Source: Candidatus Gastranaerophilales bacterium
GTDB lineage: Bacteria > Cyanobacteriota > Vampirovibrionia > Gastranaerophilales > Gastranaerophilaceae
Assembly (NCBI GenBank): GCA_944325785.1
Contig: CALVBN010000001.1
Coordinates: 441,002 to 505,001 of the forward strand
Reading direction: 5' to 3'
Length of the DNA: 64,000 bases
Part shown: positions 9,370-18,417 of the stretch, in pieces
How the letters are laid out: every line of letters starts with the position of its first letter
Numbering within the stretch: the first letter of the stretch is position 1
The notes under the pieces: generated by a model
Told to the model about the DNA's origin: nothing
Seen by the model: only the letters and a program-made list of their open reading frames with translations
Database searches by the model: none
Made by a program: the position numbers and the translations under genes

Positions 9370-9558
9370 CTATCTTCCAAGGAAAAAGCGCCTGTTTGTA
9401 CCCTCGCCTCCTATACGGACATGAACAGGACGCAGGCATTTCGGGCATCTGCCCACGTATGCAGTACCGTCTTTGTTTTTATAAAGCCTGCCGTACACAT
9501 GACAGCATTCAAACCATATACCGAGAAACGCCCGCTTAGTATTATTTTCTTCCGCCAC
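9370..9558 (-). CDS. Small Cys-rich (putative zinc-binding) hypothetical protein
   Basis: FLGIWFECCHVYGRLY...YVGRCPKC; start overlaps the end of the upstream gene. Confidence 0.7.
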   Translation of the reverse strand: MAEENNTKRAFLGIWFECCHVYGRLYKNKDGTAYVGRCPKCLRPVHVRIGGEGTNRRFFLGR

Positions 9559-11368
9559 GCTTTTTCTCCTTCTGCGATTGCTGAACCTGCGGAGATTGAG
9601 TTATTACGACTTCTTTTTTTACCGGCTTAAATATACTTTCCGTCAAAGTGCCTAAATAAGTATCATTTAAATGTGCATAATCAAATATAATTATCCCGCT
9701 CAAACAATACCTTCTTGATGCATGAATCTGCTTAATCAAATCTGACGCTGAGCCGTTCATAAAAGTAACAAAAAGTCCTGCGTACAATTTGGTGCTTGAA
9801 GATTTGTTTCTCAATATCTCTTCCATCAAATTCATCGCAGTTCTGTCGTCGCATGTTAAGAACAGAGGAGTAAAACCATCGACAAAATTATTCATAGACC
9901 AGGTTCGCCAATCCTGCAATTTTGTATTTAGTGCAACAGCTCTGTTTGGGAATATCACAGCTGTCAAGACTACATTATTATACCTGCACAAATGGCTTAC
10001 TCTTCTTACAAAGTTCGTAACCTTATTACACCTGTAGAATTTCCACTGGAACCACATCGGATCTGATGGTCTTATGGTTATAGGATCGATACCATATGCA
10101 TTTTTAAATTCTGTTCTTGCATATTTTGTATAGCCCCAGCTTGACAAATCGTAATTCGGGTATGTTGCATCTAAAGACTGCGGATATCTTATGTAATCCA
10201 AATTAATCCCGTCCGGCTTATATTTAGTAATAATTTCTGACAACAAAGCATACAAAAAATTCTGAACATCAGGATTTGCCGGATCAATAAAATAGCCGTT
10301 GTGTTCTGAAACTGAGTACGCTATAGTATCAGATTCAGCACTTCTTTTCGGACAATTCGCCCATTGAGGTTTCTTAGCCAGAATATACTCCGGATTTGTT
10401 TCCGGCGATTTATTTCCTACATAAAATGTTTCAAACCAGATATGAACTTTCATACCTCTCTTGTGTGCTTCATTTATCCAAATTCTTAATGGATCAAACC
10501 CTGCAAAATCTTCATTTTGTTTTATAAATCCATACCTTGCCATTGTTTGGGACGGAAATATTGTTTTGCCGTGATAGTAGGTTTCTACAAAAATATTATT
10601 TATACCTGAATCCGCAAGGCGTGTAACAACCCTTTCTATATCTTTAGGACTATAAAAAGCCGGCCGAATCCATACCCCTTTCAACTCATTTGCATCATAT
10701 GGTACTACTGTTGACATTGCCAAATTAGCATATTCTATAGCCCTTGATGCATATTTCTGAGAATCCTCTGTATTTTTCTGTGCCTTATTAATATAATCCT
10801 GAGCCTTTGCTATATTTTGCTCTGTACGTTTTTGATTATAGCTTGAAGCATTCTGAACATAATATAGCATCATATTCTGAACTTCTTTTATTCTTTCTCT
10901 TGCTGTATACAAAAATGTATCGGATGTAATATAAGAAGTTATTATTTTTTTATTCAAATCAATGGAAACCTTAGCCCCCACCATAATATTTTCATTTATC
11001 CATTTTTTTGCCTGTCCGTGACCGCTTATTACAATACCGTTTGCAGGTATAAGCGAATCTGCACCGCTTAGGGAAGTAACTGTATCACCGATGACAATAG
11101 CCTCAGTTCCGTACTCATTGGTATTAGTACGGTAGCCGAAAGCCGGTGTATATACAACAAGCTGGTTTGTTCCTCTCAAGCCCGGGTAGTTTATCCCTTT
11201 CCAGTTGGTGCTTGCTTTAGGGTCAACGACATCTATCTTAAACATTGATTGGTTAAATATAACTTCATTATTTTGGGGAACATACTCTGAATAAACATTT
11301 TGTGCAAACACTGTATTACACAAAAAGAAAAATATAATAGTTATAATAAACCAGACTCTGCTCTTCAT
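9542..11368 (-). CDS. Glycosyl hydrolase-like family 10 (DUF187) secreted protein
   Basis: ELKGVWIRP, IFVETYYHGKTIFPS, AHKRGMKVHIWF, DPANPDV, DGINLDYIRYP; signal-like N-terminus from ATG 11368 (ORF track begins at 11440). Confidence 0.88.
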   Translation of the reverse strand: MKSRVWFIITIIFFFLCNTVFAQNVYSEYVPQNNEVIFNQSMFKIDVVDPKASTNWKGINYPGLRGTNQLVVYTPAFGYRTNTNEYGTEAIVIGDTVTSLSGADSLIPANGIVISGHGQAKKWINENIMVGAKVSIDLNKKIITSYITSDTFLYTARERIKEVQNMMLYYVQNASSYNQKRTEQNIAKAQDYINKAQKNTEDSQKYASRAIEYANLAMSTVVPYDANELKGVWIRPAFYSPKDIERVVTRLADSGINNIFVETYYHGKTIFPSQTMARYGFIKQNEDFAGFDPLRIWINEAHKRGMKVHIWFETFYVGNKSPETNPEYILAKKPQWANCPKRSAESDTIAYSVSEHNGYFIDPANPDVQNFLYALLSEIITKYKPDGINLDYIRYPQSLDATYPNYDLSSWGYTKYARTEFKNAYGIDPITIRPSDPMWFQWKFYRCNKVTNFVRRVSHLCRYNNVVLTAVIFPNRAVALNTKLQDWRTWSMNNFVDGFTPLFLTCDDRTAMNLMEEILRNKSSSTKLYAGLFVTFMNGSASDLIKQIHASRRYCLSGIIIFDYAHLNDTYLGTLTESIFKPVKKEVVITQSPQVQQSQKEKKRGGRK

Positions 11369-11427
11369 CCCCTTGTCCTTTATAAATATTATTATAGAAC
11401 CATCTTTTGATAAATACAAGGAATTTA

Positions 11428-12219
11428 TTATCCCTCGCATTGGTACGCCCAGGCAGAATGATTATGTATACTTTCCAGTGATTCGCACTCGACCTCAAAA
11501 GAATCTATCACATTATTATTTCTCAAAAGTAAAACAACGTCCCTCAAAACATCCTCAACGAATTTTGGATTATCATAAGCGTGTTCGGTAACATATTTTT
11601 CATCTTCTCTTTTTAAAATAGGATAAAGTTCAGAAGAGGCACTTTTTTCAACATCTCTAATTAAGTCCTCCAGCCAGATATGCTCTTCGTCAGGATAAGT
11701 TACCTTCACAGAAACAATTGCCCTCTGGTTATGCGCGCCGTATTGGGAAATCTCTTTCGAACAGGGGCATAAGGTCGTAACAGGAACCTTTACTCCAAGG
11801 TAAAAACGATACTCCTCGTCCTCTTCATTGTAATTATCAAGAATTCCTTCAAAAAAGCAGTCATAGCACATTGGCGCGGATATTCCGGTTACAGGCGCCT
11901 GCTTGTTAATGAAATATTTAAAATCAAATTTCAAATATCCGCTCTTTGCATCAAGCCGTTTAACAATTGCTTCTACACAGCCTTTTATATCAATACCTAG
12001 AGTCTTTTTGCTTCTCCACTCATTCAAAACCTCAACAAAGCGCGACATATGAGTGCCTTTATAATGCGCGGGCAGAGAAACACCTGCCGTCGCCGTTGAA
12101 TATATTACAATATCCTCTTTGTCCTTGCGCTGAATAGTAAGAGGCAGCTCAAGCCCTTTAATTCCGACTTTTTGAATATCAACCCCTCTGGAATCAGCCT
12201 GGCTCTGAACATCCTTCAT
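11428..12219 (-). CDS. folE2: GTP cyclohydrolase FolE2 (type IB)
   Basis: MKDVQSQ, KGTHMSRF, VTTLCPCSKEISQYGAHNQR, NPKFVED, ESIHNHSAWA. Confidence 0.97.
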   Translation of the reverse strand: MKDVQSQADSRGVDIQKVGIKGLELPLTIQRKDKEDIVIYSTATAGVSLPAHYKGTHMSRFVEVLNEWRSKKTLGIDIKGCVEAIVKRLDAKSGYLKFDFKYFINKQAPVTGISAPMCYDCFFEGILDNYNEEDEEYRFYLGVKVPVTTLCPCSKEISQYGAHNQRAIVSVKVTYPDEEHIWLEDLIRDVEKSASSELYPILKREDEKYVTEHAYDNPKFVEDVLRDVVLLLRNNNVIDSFEVECESLESIHNHSAWAYQCEG

Positions 12220-12543
12220 TTATATTTCTACCCCTTCAAAGCTTTTTTGTTCAAGCGCAATAAGAAGCTTTAAAGCCGCAACCCTCTGAACCTTCGGAGG
12301 CGCATTTCTTAAAAGCTCAACAGCCTTAAGCATAACAGGGTCATTATCATACCAGCGGTTTCCTTTGCCTTGATATGTGTTAATAATTTCATACACATGT
12401 TCAATTACTTCTCCCGCGACCTGTTCCTGAAGCTGAAGCATAAATTCCGCCGCTTCACTCTTCGTTTCATCCGGCGAAAGGCGTAGAAGTTCCAGCGCTT
12501 CCTTTAATATTGGGTCTTTATCATACCAGCGTTTGTTTATCAT
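12220..12543 (-). CDS. Hypothetical protein with two RWYD-x-DP repeats
   Basis: RWYDKDPILKEALELL and RWYDNDPVMLKAVELL internal duplication. Confidence 0.8.
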   Translation of the reverse strand: MINKRWYDKDPILKEALELLRLSPDETKSEAAEFMLQLQEQVAGEVIEHVYEIINTYQGKGNRWYDNDPVMLKAVELLRNAPPKVQRVAALKLLIALEQKSFEGVEI

Positions 12544-12610
12544 AATTTCCTCTCTTGTTGTATTATATTATAAAACAGGTTATATTAAAAGATATAAATA
12601 AGGATTTTTT

Positions 12611-13045
12611 ATGAAAATTTTATTAATTAACGGCGCAAATTTAAATATGCTCGGTCAAAGAGAACCGGAAAAATACGGTCATACGACTTTAAAAGAAATT
12701 GAAGCCTCTGTTATAAATAAAGGCAGAGAGTTAAATGTTCAGGTTGATGCCTGGCAAAGCAACCACGAAGGTGATATTGTAGATAAAATTCAAGCATTAA
12801 AAAAAGAAGGCTATGACGGTCTGCTTATAAATGCCGGCGGTTATACTCATACAAGCGTTGTAATCCGCGACGCAATAAGTTCCATAGGAATTCCAGCAGT
12901 AGAAATCCATATGACAAATATCCATGCAAGAGAAGAATTCAGACATACATCACTGCTGTCAGGAGTCTGTATAGGGCAGGTAGTCGGATTTAAAGAATTG
13001 AGCTATACACTCGCTCTTGAGGGATTAATAAATTATTTAAGGTAA
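12611..13045 (+). CDS. aroQ: Type II 3-dehydroquinate dehydratase
   Basis: INGANLNMLGQREPEKYG, QSNHEG, INAGGYTHTS, EIHMTNIHAREEFRH. Confidence 0.97.
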   Translation: MKILLINGANLNMLGQREPEKYGHTTLKEIEASVINKGRELNVQVDAWQSNHEGDIVDKIQALKKEGYDGLLINAGGYTHTSVVIRDAISSIGIPAVEIHMTNIHAREEFRHTSLLSGVCIGQVVGFKELSYTLALEGLINYLR

Positions 13046-13214
13046 AAAAAATCTTCCCCGAAGGGAAGTCTTTGCTTTTTCTCTTTCTCTCGTGTCTAAC
13101 TTTGTTAATGACTCTCTCTTATGTATATATAAAGAATATATTTTATCTTCAATTTCAAAAAAGAGAAAATTTGTTACAATAGTTTACAAAAGAGAATGCA
13201 AGAATTAAGCTTAA

Positions 13215-13258
13215 AAATAAAACGAGGCGGATGGCAAGCCATCCGCCTCGTTTTATTT
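13215..13258 (-). terminator. Strong terminator after secY
   Basis: 21-bp stem AAATAAAACGAGGCGGATGGC-aa-GCCATCCGCCTCGTTTTATTT. Confidence 0.9.
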
Positions 13259-13270
13259 AATTATACCGCC

Positions 13271-14620
13271 CTACTCTTTCAAGAATGTTTCATAATTTCT
13301 TGCAAGCAGGTGTGTTCTCACTTGATTAATCAAATCCAGCGCAACACCGACCATGATGATTAGAGATGTAGCCCCGATACCCTGCAGAGTAGTTATTCTT
13401 GTAATATAACTTGCAAAAGCCGGAACAAGAGCTATAATACCCAATCCCATAGCACCAATAAATGTTGTCTTTGTAAGAATTTTATCCAGAGCATCCGCTG
13501 TCGGTCTGCCGGGTTTCACGCCGGGAATAGAAGAACCGTACTTCTTTAGGTTATCAGCGATTTCTTTAGGCTGCATATTCGGCATAATTGATGCGTAGAA
13601 AAATGTTAATACAACAATCATAACAAAATATATTGCATAATAAGTTATTCCGCTCGGATTGAAAATCTTATTCAGAACAAGCACAACATCTTGAAGCCAT
13701 CCAGCCGGAAGGTTAGCCTGTCCTACAAGACTCAATATAGTTGAGGGGAACAAAAGAATTGCAACCGCAAAGATAATCGGCATTACACCACCCGGATTAA
13801 GTTTGAACGGAATAAATGTATTAACTCCGCCATAAACCTTGTTTCCAACCTGTCTTTTCGGGTTAACAATGATAACCTTTCTTACGGCTTCCTGCATTAT
13901 TACAATAAAAATCATTGTAACAAAGAATATTGCAAGGAGCATTACCAAGCCCCACATAAGCGCAGAATCATTTGCAACCATCTGCGCAGTTCTTGATGAG
14001 TATAAAGGAATACCGGAAATAATACCTACAAAGATTATAAGAGAACCTCCGTTTCCTATACCTTTTTCAGTAATTAATTCTGACATCCACATAACAAGAA
14101 CCGAGCCGGCTGTAAGCGTTATTACAGAAGAAATGTAAAACATTATATGATTTACGCCCGCTGTAATTGCACCCGGAAGATGAGCCATATAACCCATAAA
14201 GATTATACCTTGAAATGCCGCCAAAACAACCGTAAAAATACGTGTATACTGCGATAATTTTCTTCTTCCGGCTTCGCCGTCTTCTTTTTGTAATTTTTCG
14301 AGTGCGGGAATAATTACTGCCATCAATTGCATAATGATTGATGCCGTAATGTATGGTCCGATACCCAGAGCAAATATAGAAACCTTGCCTAAAGCACCGC
14401 CGGAAAATAAATCAAGAAAACCTAAAATGTTATTTCCGGAAGCTATTCTTGCAAAGATTTCATTATTTATGCCAAATACCGGCAAATGAATTCCGAAACG
14501 GAAAAGAACCAGCATACCAAAAGTAAATATGAGCTTTTCCTTAAGTCCGGAAGCATTCCACATTGACATCAAATCTGCAGTTGTCGGCATTCTCATACCG
14601 CCTGTGTGTCCGCCTGCCAT
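13271..14620 (-). CDS. secY: Preprotein translocase subunit SecY
   Basis: SIFALGIGPYITASII, GIGNGGSLIIF, GGVMPIIFA, IPGVKPG, GATSLIIMVGV. Confidence 0.98.
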   Translation of the reverse strand: MAGGHTGGMRMPTTADLMSMWNASGLKEKLIFTFGMLVLFRFGIHLPVFGINNEIFARIASGNNILGFLDLFSGGALGKVSIFALGIGPYITASIIMQLMAVIIPALEKLQKEDGEAGRRKLSQYTRIFTVVLAAFQGIIFMGYMAHLPGAITAGVNHIMFYISSVITLTAGSVLVMWMSELITEKGIGNGGSLIIFVGIISGIPLYSSRTAQMVANDSALMWGLVMLLAIFFVTMIFIVIMQEAVRKVIIVNPKRQVGNKVYGGVNTFIPFKLNPGGVMPIIFAVAILLFPSTILSLVGQANLPAGWLQDVVLVLNKIFNPSGITYYAIYFVMIVVLTFFYASIMPNMQPKEIADNLKKYGSSIPGVKPGRPTADALDKILTKTTFIGAMGLGIIALVPAFASYITRITTLQGIGATSLIIMVGVALDLINQVRTHLLARNYETFLKE

Positions 14621-15069
14621 TATACTAATTCAACCTTTCCGCCTGCTGCTTCGATTTTTTCTTTTGCTGATGGTGTTACATAATCAGCTTTAACAGTAAT
14701 AGCTTTCTTTATTTCACCTCCGCCTAAAATTCTCAAACCATCGCAGGAAGGATGAGCTTTTTTGATTTCTTTAAGCGATGCTAAAGAAATTTCAGTAATC
14801 TCTAATTCAGCAAGTCTGCCGACGTTAATTTGAGCATAATTACGCTGATTAATAATTTGGAAGCCTTTCAATTTAGGAAGTCTTCTGTAAGCAGGCATTT
14901 GTCCGCCTTCAAAACCTCTTTTAGAAGTTCTTCCGGAACGCTGTCCTTCGCCGTTATGTCCGCGGCAAGATGTTTTGCCGTGTCCTGAAGAACGGCCCCT
15001 GCCGACTCTTTTTGATTTGCCTGTAGCACCTTCTGCAGGTCTTAAATCTTCTAGTGTTATATTTGTCAT
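14620..15069 (-). CDS. rplO: 50S ribosomal protein L15
   Basis: RVGRGRSSGHGKT, GFEGGQMP, AKEKIEAAGG. Confidence 0.98.
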   Translation of the reverse strand: MTNITLEDLRPAEGATGKSKRVGRGRSSGHGKTSCRGHNGEGQRSGRTSKRGFEGGQMPAYRRLPKLKGFQIINQRNYAQINVGRLAELEITEISLASLKEIKKAHPSCDGLRILGGGEIKKAITVKADYVTPSAKEKIEAAGGKVELV

Positions 15070-15103
15070 TTTTGTGTCCTCTTTTATAAAATCTACATTA
15101 CAG

Positions 15104-15178
15104 AGTTTATCAGTTTAGAAGTTTATAAGTTTAGTTTTTTACTTCCTCTAAACTACTCAACTTCTAAACCCCTAAACC
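15104..15178. repeat. Inverted pair of 8-bp tandem arrays between rpmD and rplO
   Basis: agtttatc-agtttaga-agtttata-agtttagt ... cctctaaa-ctactcaa-cttctaaa-cccctaaa. Confidence 0.8.
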
Positions 15179-15367
15179 TTACTCAACCACTTCAACAAGA
15201 TGTGAAATCTTGTTAACCATACCCATAATTGTTGCGCTGTTGTTGTGTTCAACAATCTGGTTGGTTTTCTTTAAGCCCAATGCTTGAGCAACTTTTCTTT
15301 GTGCTTCTGAGCATCCTATTAAACTTCTAACGAGTTTAATTTTTATTTGTTTAGTTTTTTCTGCCAT
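15179..15367 (-). CDS. rpmD: 50S ribosomal protein L30
   Basis: IKLVRSLIG, ALGLKK, IMGMVNKISHLV; lies between rpsE and rplO. Confidence 0.95.
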   Translation of the reverse strand: MAEKTKQIKIKLVRSLIGCSEAQRKVAQALGLKKTNQIVEHNNSATIMGMVNKISHLVEVVE

Positions 15368-15419
15368 AATTATTCTTTTCCTTATTATTTCACTTTAAAC
15401 TTTAACTTAAAATAGCCTA

Positions 15420-16076
15420 CTAGTTTAATAATTCAGCCATTGTCAAACCGCGTTTTTTAGCAACTTCGTTGAACGGTCTGAGAGCTTTAAGAGCTTCTAA
15501 AGTTGCATTAGCCGCATTAAGCGGAGATTTTGAACCTAAAGATTTAGAAAGAATATTTTCTATACCAGCAAGTTCAAGTACTGAACGAACAGCACCGCCC
15601 GCGATAATACCTGTACCTTGAGAAGCAGGTCTAAGCATTACAGCGCCTGCACCTGAACGTCCTGTAATCGGGTGCGGAATAGTTGTTTTGAAAATAGGTA
15701 CTGTAATAAGATTTTTTCTGCCGTCTGCAATAGCTTTTTGAATAGCAATAATAACTTCAGAAGCTTTTGCACAGCCTACGCCTACTTGTCCTTTTTGGTT
15801 TCCGACAATAACGATAGCACGGAAGCTTAATTTTTTACCGCCCTTAACAACCTTTGTTACACGGCGGATTTGAACAACTTGTTCTTTCCATTCAGATTCC
15901 GGCTTAACTTCTTGAGTTTCAACTCTTTTCTTTCTTCCGCGCTGTTTTTTTGCAGGAAGCTGTTCAACAGTTTCTTCCGCTACAGCGTCTGTTTCTTGAG
16001 ATTCTGCTGCTGATTCATTAACTTCTGTTTCTTGAGTTAGTTCAGCATTTAATTCTTCGATTTTTTCTTCTGTCAT
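15420..16076 (-). CDS. rpsE: 30S ribosomal protein S5 with acidic N-terminal extension
   Basis: [39 protein letters not shown] before ATG 16076 (ORF track begins at 16124). Confidence 0.98.
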   Translation of the reverse strand: MTEEKIEELNAELTQETEVNESAAESQETDAVAEETVEQLPAKKQRGRKKRVETQEVKPESEWKEQVVQIRRVTKVVKGGKKLSFRAIVIVGNQKGQVGVGCAKASEVIIAIQKAIADGRKNLITVPIFKTTIPHPITGRSGAGAVMLRPASQGTGIIAGGAVRSVLELAGIENILSKSLGSKSPLNAANATLEALKALRPFNEVAKKRGLTMAELLN

Positions 16077-16286
16077 GTTATACCTTTCTTTTTTGAATAA
16101 ATTATACTTTGACTTATAAATCATTTGAATAACTAAAACAACAAAACACCCAAAATGGGCATTTACAGATTATTCAAATGCGGGTTATTTTCTGACATAA
16201 AAGATAATAAAACAAAAACACACTAAATGCAAGAGTGCAGAGATATACAGATTAACAAAACTTTACCTTGCTAAAACTCGATAAAT

Positions 16287-16320
16287 GTAAAACACCGGAT
16301 ATTAATATCCGGTGTTTTAC
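16287..16320. terminator. Palindromic terminator of the silent pilin 3' cassette
   Basis: GTAAAACACCGGATATTAATATCCGGTGTTTTAC; core identical to 17599-17632. Confidence 0.85.
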
Positions 16321-16335
16321 AATCTATTCATTATA

Positions 16336-16612
16336 TTATTGATAAATAACTTTTAAATTGTTTTCATAAATTGAAGCTGCGCAGGTGTAACCACTCGTAA
16401 CGGTATCTGCATTACATTTATCATTTCCGGAATCATTTCCGGTATCCCAGCTGCCGTTGCTTCCGTATGGGGTTAGGGAGCCATCAGCCATGAGCCTAAA
16501 TAGGAAAGCATCACGTCCCATTTTATTAGGCTCAGCCTTACCATTAATATCAATAACTACAGTACCATAGCCGGTCAAATGCGGAGGAGTTGTCTGTTGT
16601 GCCCTGCCCAGT
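16336..16612 (-). pseudogene. 5'-truncated copy of the pilin-like gene 3' end (candidate silent cassette)
   Basis: GYGTVVIDINGKAEPNKMGRDAFLF...CAASIYENNLKVIYQ is nearly identical to the C-terminus of 16777-17577; no prepilin N-terminus. Confidence 0.8.
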
Positions 16613-16723
16613 AATGCATTGAATATATCTGCAAAGAGAAATTTTATATAATAAGAGATGAAAATATGATATTGCAAAAGTGTTGTAAATAGTGTATTAT
16701 AATATTATGTAACACAATATGTA

Positions 16724-16748
16724 TTAAGTTACATTAAATGTAACTTAA
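16724..16748. promoter_or_regulatory. Palindromic operator-like site upstream of the pilin gene
   Basis: TTAAGTTACAT-taa-ATGTAACTTAA perfect 11-bp arms. Confidence 0.5.
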
Positions 16749-16776
16749 TTTTAATTAAAATAGGAGAGCTGTTTAT

Positions 16777-17577
16777 ATGAAAAAATCCGGATTTACCTTG
16801 GCAGAAGTGCTGATTACTCTTGGTATTATAGGTGTTGTAGCTGCACTTACCGCCCCAGCCTTAGTTCAAAACGCCGGTTCAGCACAAATCGGACCAAAGC
16901 TTGCAAAGGCTGTTTCTACGTTCGAACTCGCTAATCAAAATATGTTGAATGAAAGAGATGCATCAACTATAGCCGCATCCGGTGCAACATCCAGTTATTT
17001 TTCTAATAATGGACCTTTGGTTATAGGCACTCCATCTGCAGAAATGTATTATCTTTCGAATCTTGCAAATTATATGAAAATAAACTATCTGTCAGAAGGC
17101 AATGATGCGAATAAATATTCAAATTTGGTAACAGATTACAATGGTGACGCACTGAGAACTCCAGGGCAAAATCAACTAGGGAACGGAATGGTCATTATAC
17201 AACAGCTAAATCCATTACTACCTCAAACAGCAGTAAATAGTGTTGCATTAGCAAAAGATGGCACTTTGTATGCTGTAAATATACGACCTGATATTATCTT
17301 AAACAGACCAATACTAGGTCAACCCCAACAAGTTACTCCTCCACATATGAGAGGATATGGAACTGTAGTTATTGATATCAACGGCAAAGCTGAACCTAAT
17401 AAAATGGGACGTGATGCTTTTCTCTTTAAACTCATGGCTGATGGTTCATTAACTCCTTATGGCTCCAACGGCTCCTGGGATACAGGTCGTGACAAATGCA
17501 ACGCATCAGAAATTACGACAGGTTACACCTGCGCAGCGTCAATTTATGAAAATAATTTAAAAGTTATTTATCAATAA
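16777..17577 (+). CDS. Type IV pilin / pseudopilin-like protein
   Basis: Prepilin motif G-FTLAEVLITLGIIGVVAALT; two C-terminal cysteines; RBS AGGAGAG. Confidence 0.93.
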   Translation: MKKSGFTLAEVLITLGIIGVVAALTAPALVQNAGSAQIGPKLAKAVSTFELANQNMLNERDASTIAASGATSSYFSNNGPLVIGTPSAEMYYLSNLANYMKINYLSEGNDANKYSNLVTDYNGDALRTPGQNQLGNGMVIIQQLNPLLPQTAVNSVALAKDGTLYAVNIRPDIILNRPILGQPQQVTPPHMRGYGTVVIDINGKAEPNKMGRDAFLFKLMADGSLTPYGSNGSWDTGRDKCNASEITTGYTCAASIYENNLKVIYQ

Positions 17578-17598
17578 ATAAATTCTTATAAACAGAGT

Positions 17599-17632
17599 AT
17601 AAAACACCGGATATTAATATCCGGTGTTTTAT
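17599..17632. terminator. Palindromic terminator of the pilin gene
   Basis: ATAAAACACCGGATATTAATATCCGGTGTTTTAT. Confidence 0.85.
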
Positions 17633-17790
17633 TTTAACAAACAAACACACGACATTCAAGAGGGAAGATGCCGAAGGTTTTGTCGTTTTACGTCAAAATA
17701 ACAAATTCGGCACTATACCACAGAGCTTCTCCTTTCTAACTTCCTTTCACAAAGTGTGCAGGATAAAAAACTTAATATTAGAGGTTTATA

Positions 17791-18399
17791 TCACATAGAT
17801 AAACAAGTTAGGACTTTTCGCAGTACTTCTTCAGGATTAGAATTGTCTTCTATTGCCGGAAGAACTTTTGTGAGAGCCTCTTCAATTTCTTTTTCTTCAT
17901 AACCTAAAGAAAGAAGAACAGCTTGAGTATCACCTACCGCTTGTGTTTGCGGAATAGTGCATGCATTTCGCGGGAGTTCGGTCTTCATCAACCTGTCTTT
18001 TAGTTCAAGTATAATCTTTTGAGCAAGCTTTGGACCGACACCCTTTGCCTTTGTAAGCTCTTTATAATCTCCGTCAATTACAAGAGAAATCAAGTCACAG
18101 GCATCAAATTCATTAAGAAGAGCTATTGCCATTTTAGCCCCGACACCGGAAACAGAAATAAGAATTTGAAAAATATCGCGCGTTTCTTTGTTTAAAAATC
18201 CGTAAAGTGCCATCGTATCTTCCCTGTGAATGAGAAGAACATATATTTTTCTATCCTTATCTTCATTTATATTAAAGTTAATAAAGTCGTTTTCCGTAAC
18301 CTCCAGCAAATAGCCGGTTCCTGCGGTTTCTATTGTTACAAAAGCACCTTTAGCTGTTTTTCTTTTGTCAGTAACAAAGCCTTTAAAATAGTCAAACAT
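17791..18399 (-). CDS. ruvA: Holliday junction branch migration protein RuvA
   Basis: LYGFL, LISVSGVGAKMA, LTKAKGVGPKLAQKIILELKD, LLSLGY. Confidence 0.96.
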   Translation of the reverse strand: MFDYFKGFVTDKRKTAKGAFVTIETAGTGYLLEVTENDFINFNINEDKDRKIYVLLIHREDTMALYGFLNKETRDIFQILISVSGVGAKMAIALLNEFDACDLISLVIDGDYKELTKAKGVGPKLAQKIILELKDRLMKTELPRNACTIPQTQAVGDTQAVLLSLGYEEKEIEEALTKVLPAIEDNSNPEEVLRKVLTCLSM

Positions 18400-18417
18400 A
18401 CCTTATTCCTTTTGGTT

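Noticed and set aside
16209-16233. Short similarity to 17636-17662 flanking the pilin locus (AAACACAC...CAAGAG)
   Set aside because: Too short and A-rich to distinguish from chance.
16336-17577. Diversity-generating retroelement (template/variable repeat pair) for the pilin duplication
   Set aside because: Differences are mostly synonymous and involve all four bases rather than adenines only, there is a 12-nt indel, and no reverse transcriptase is in the window.
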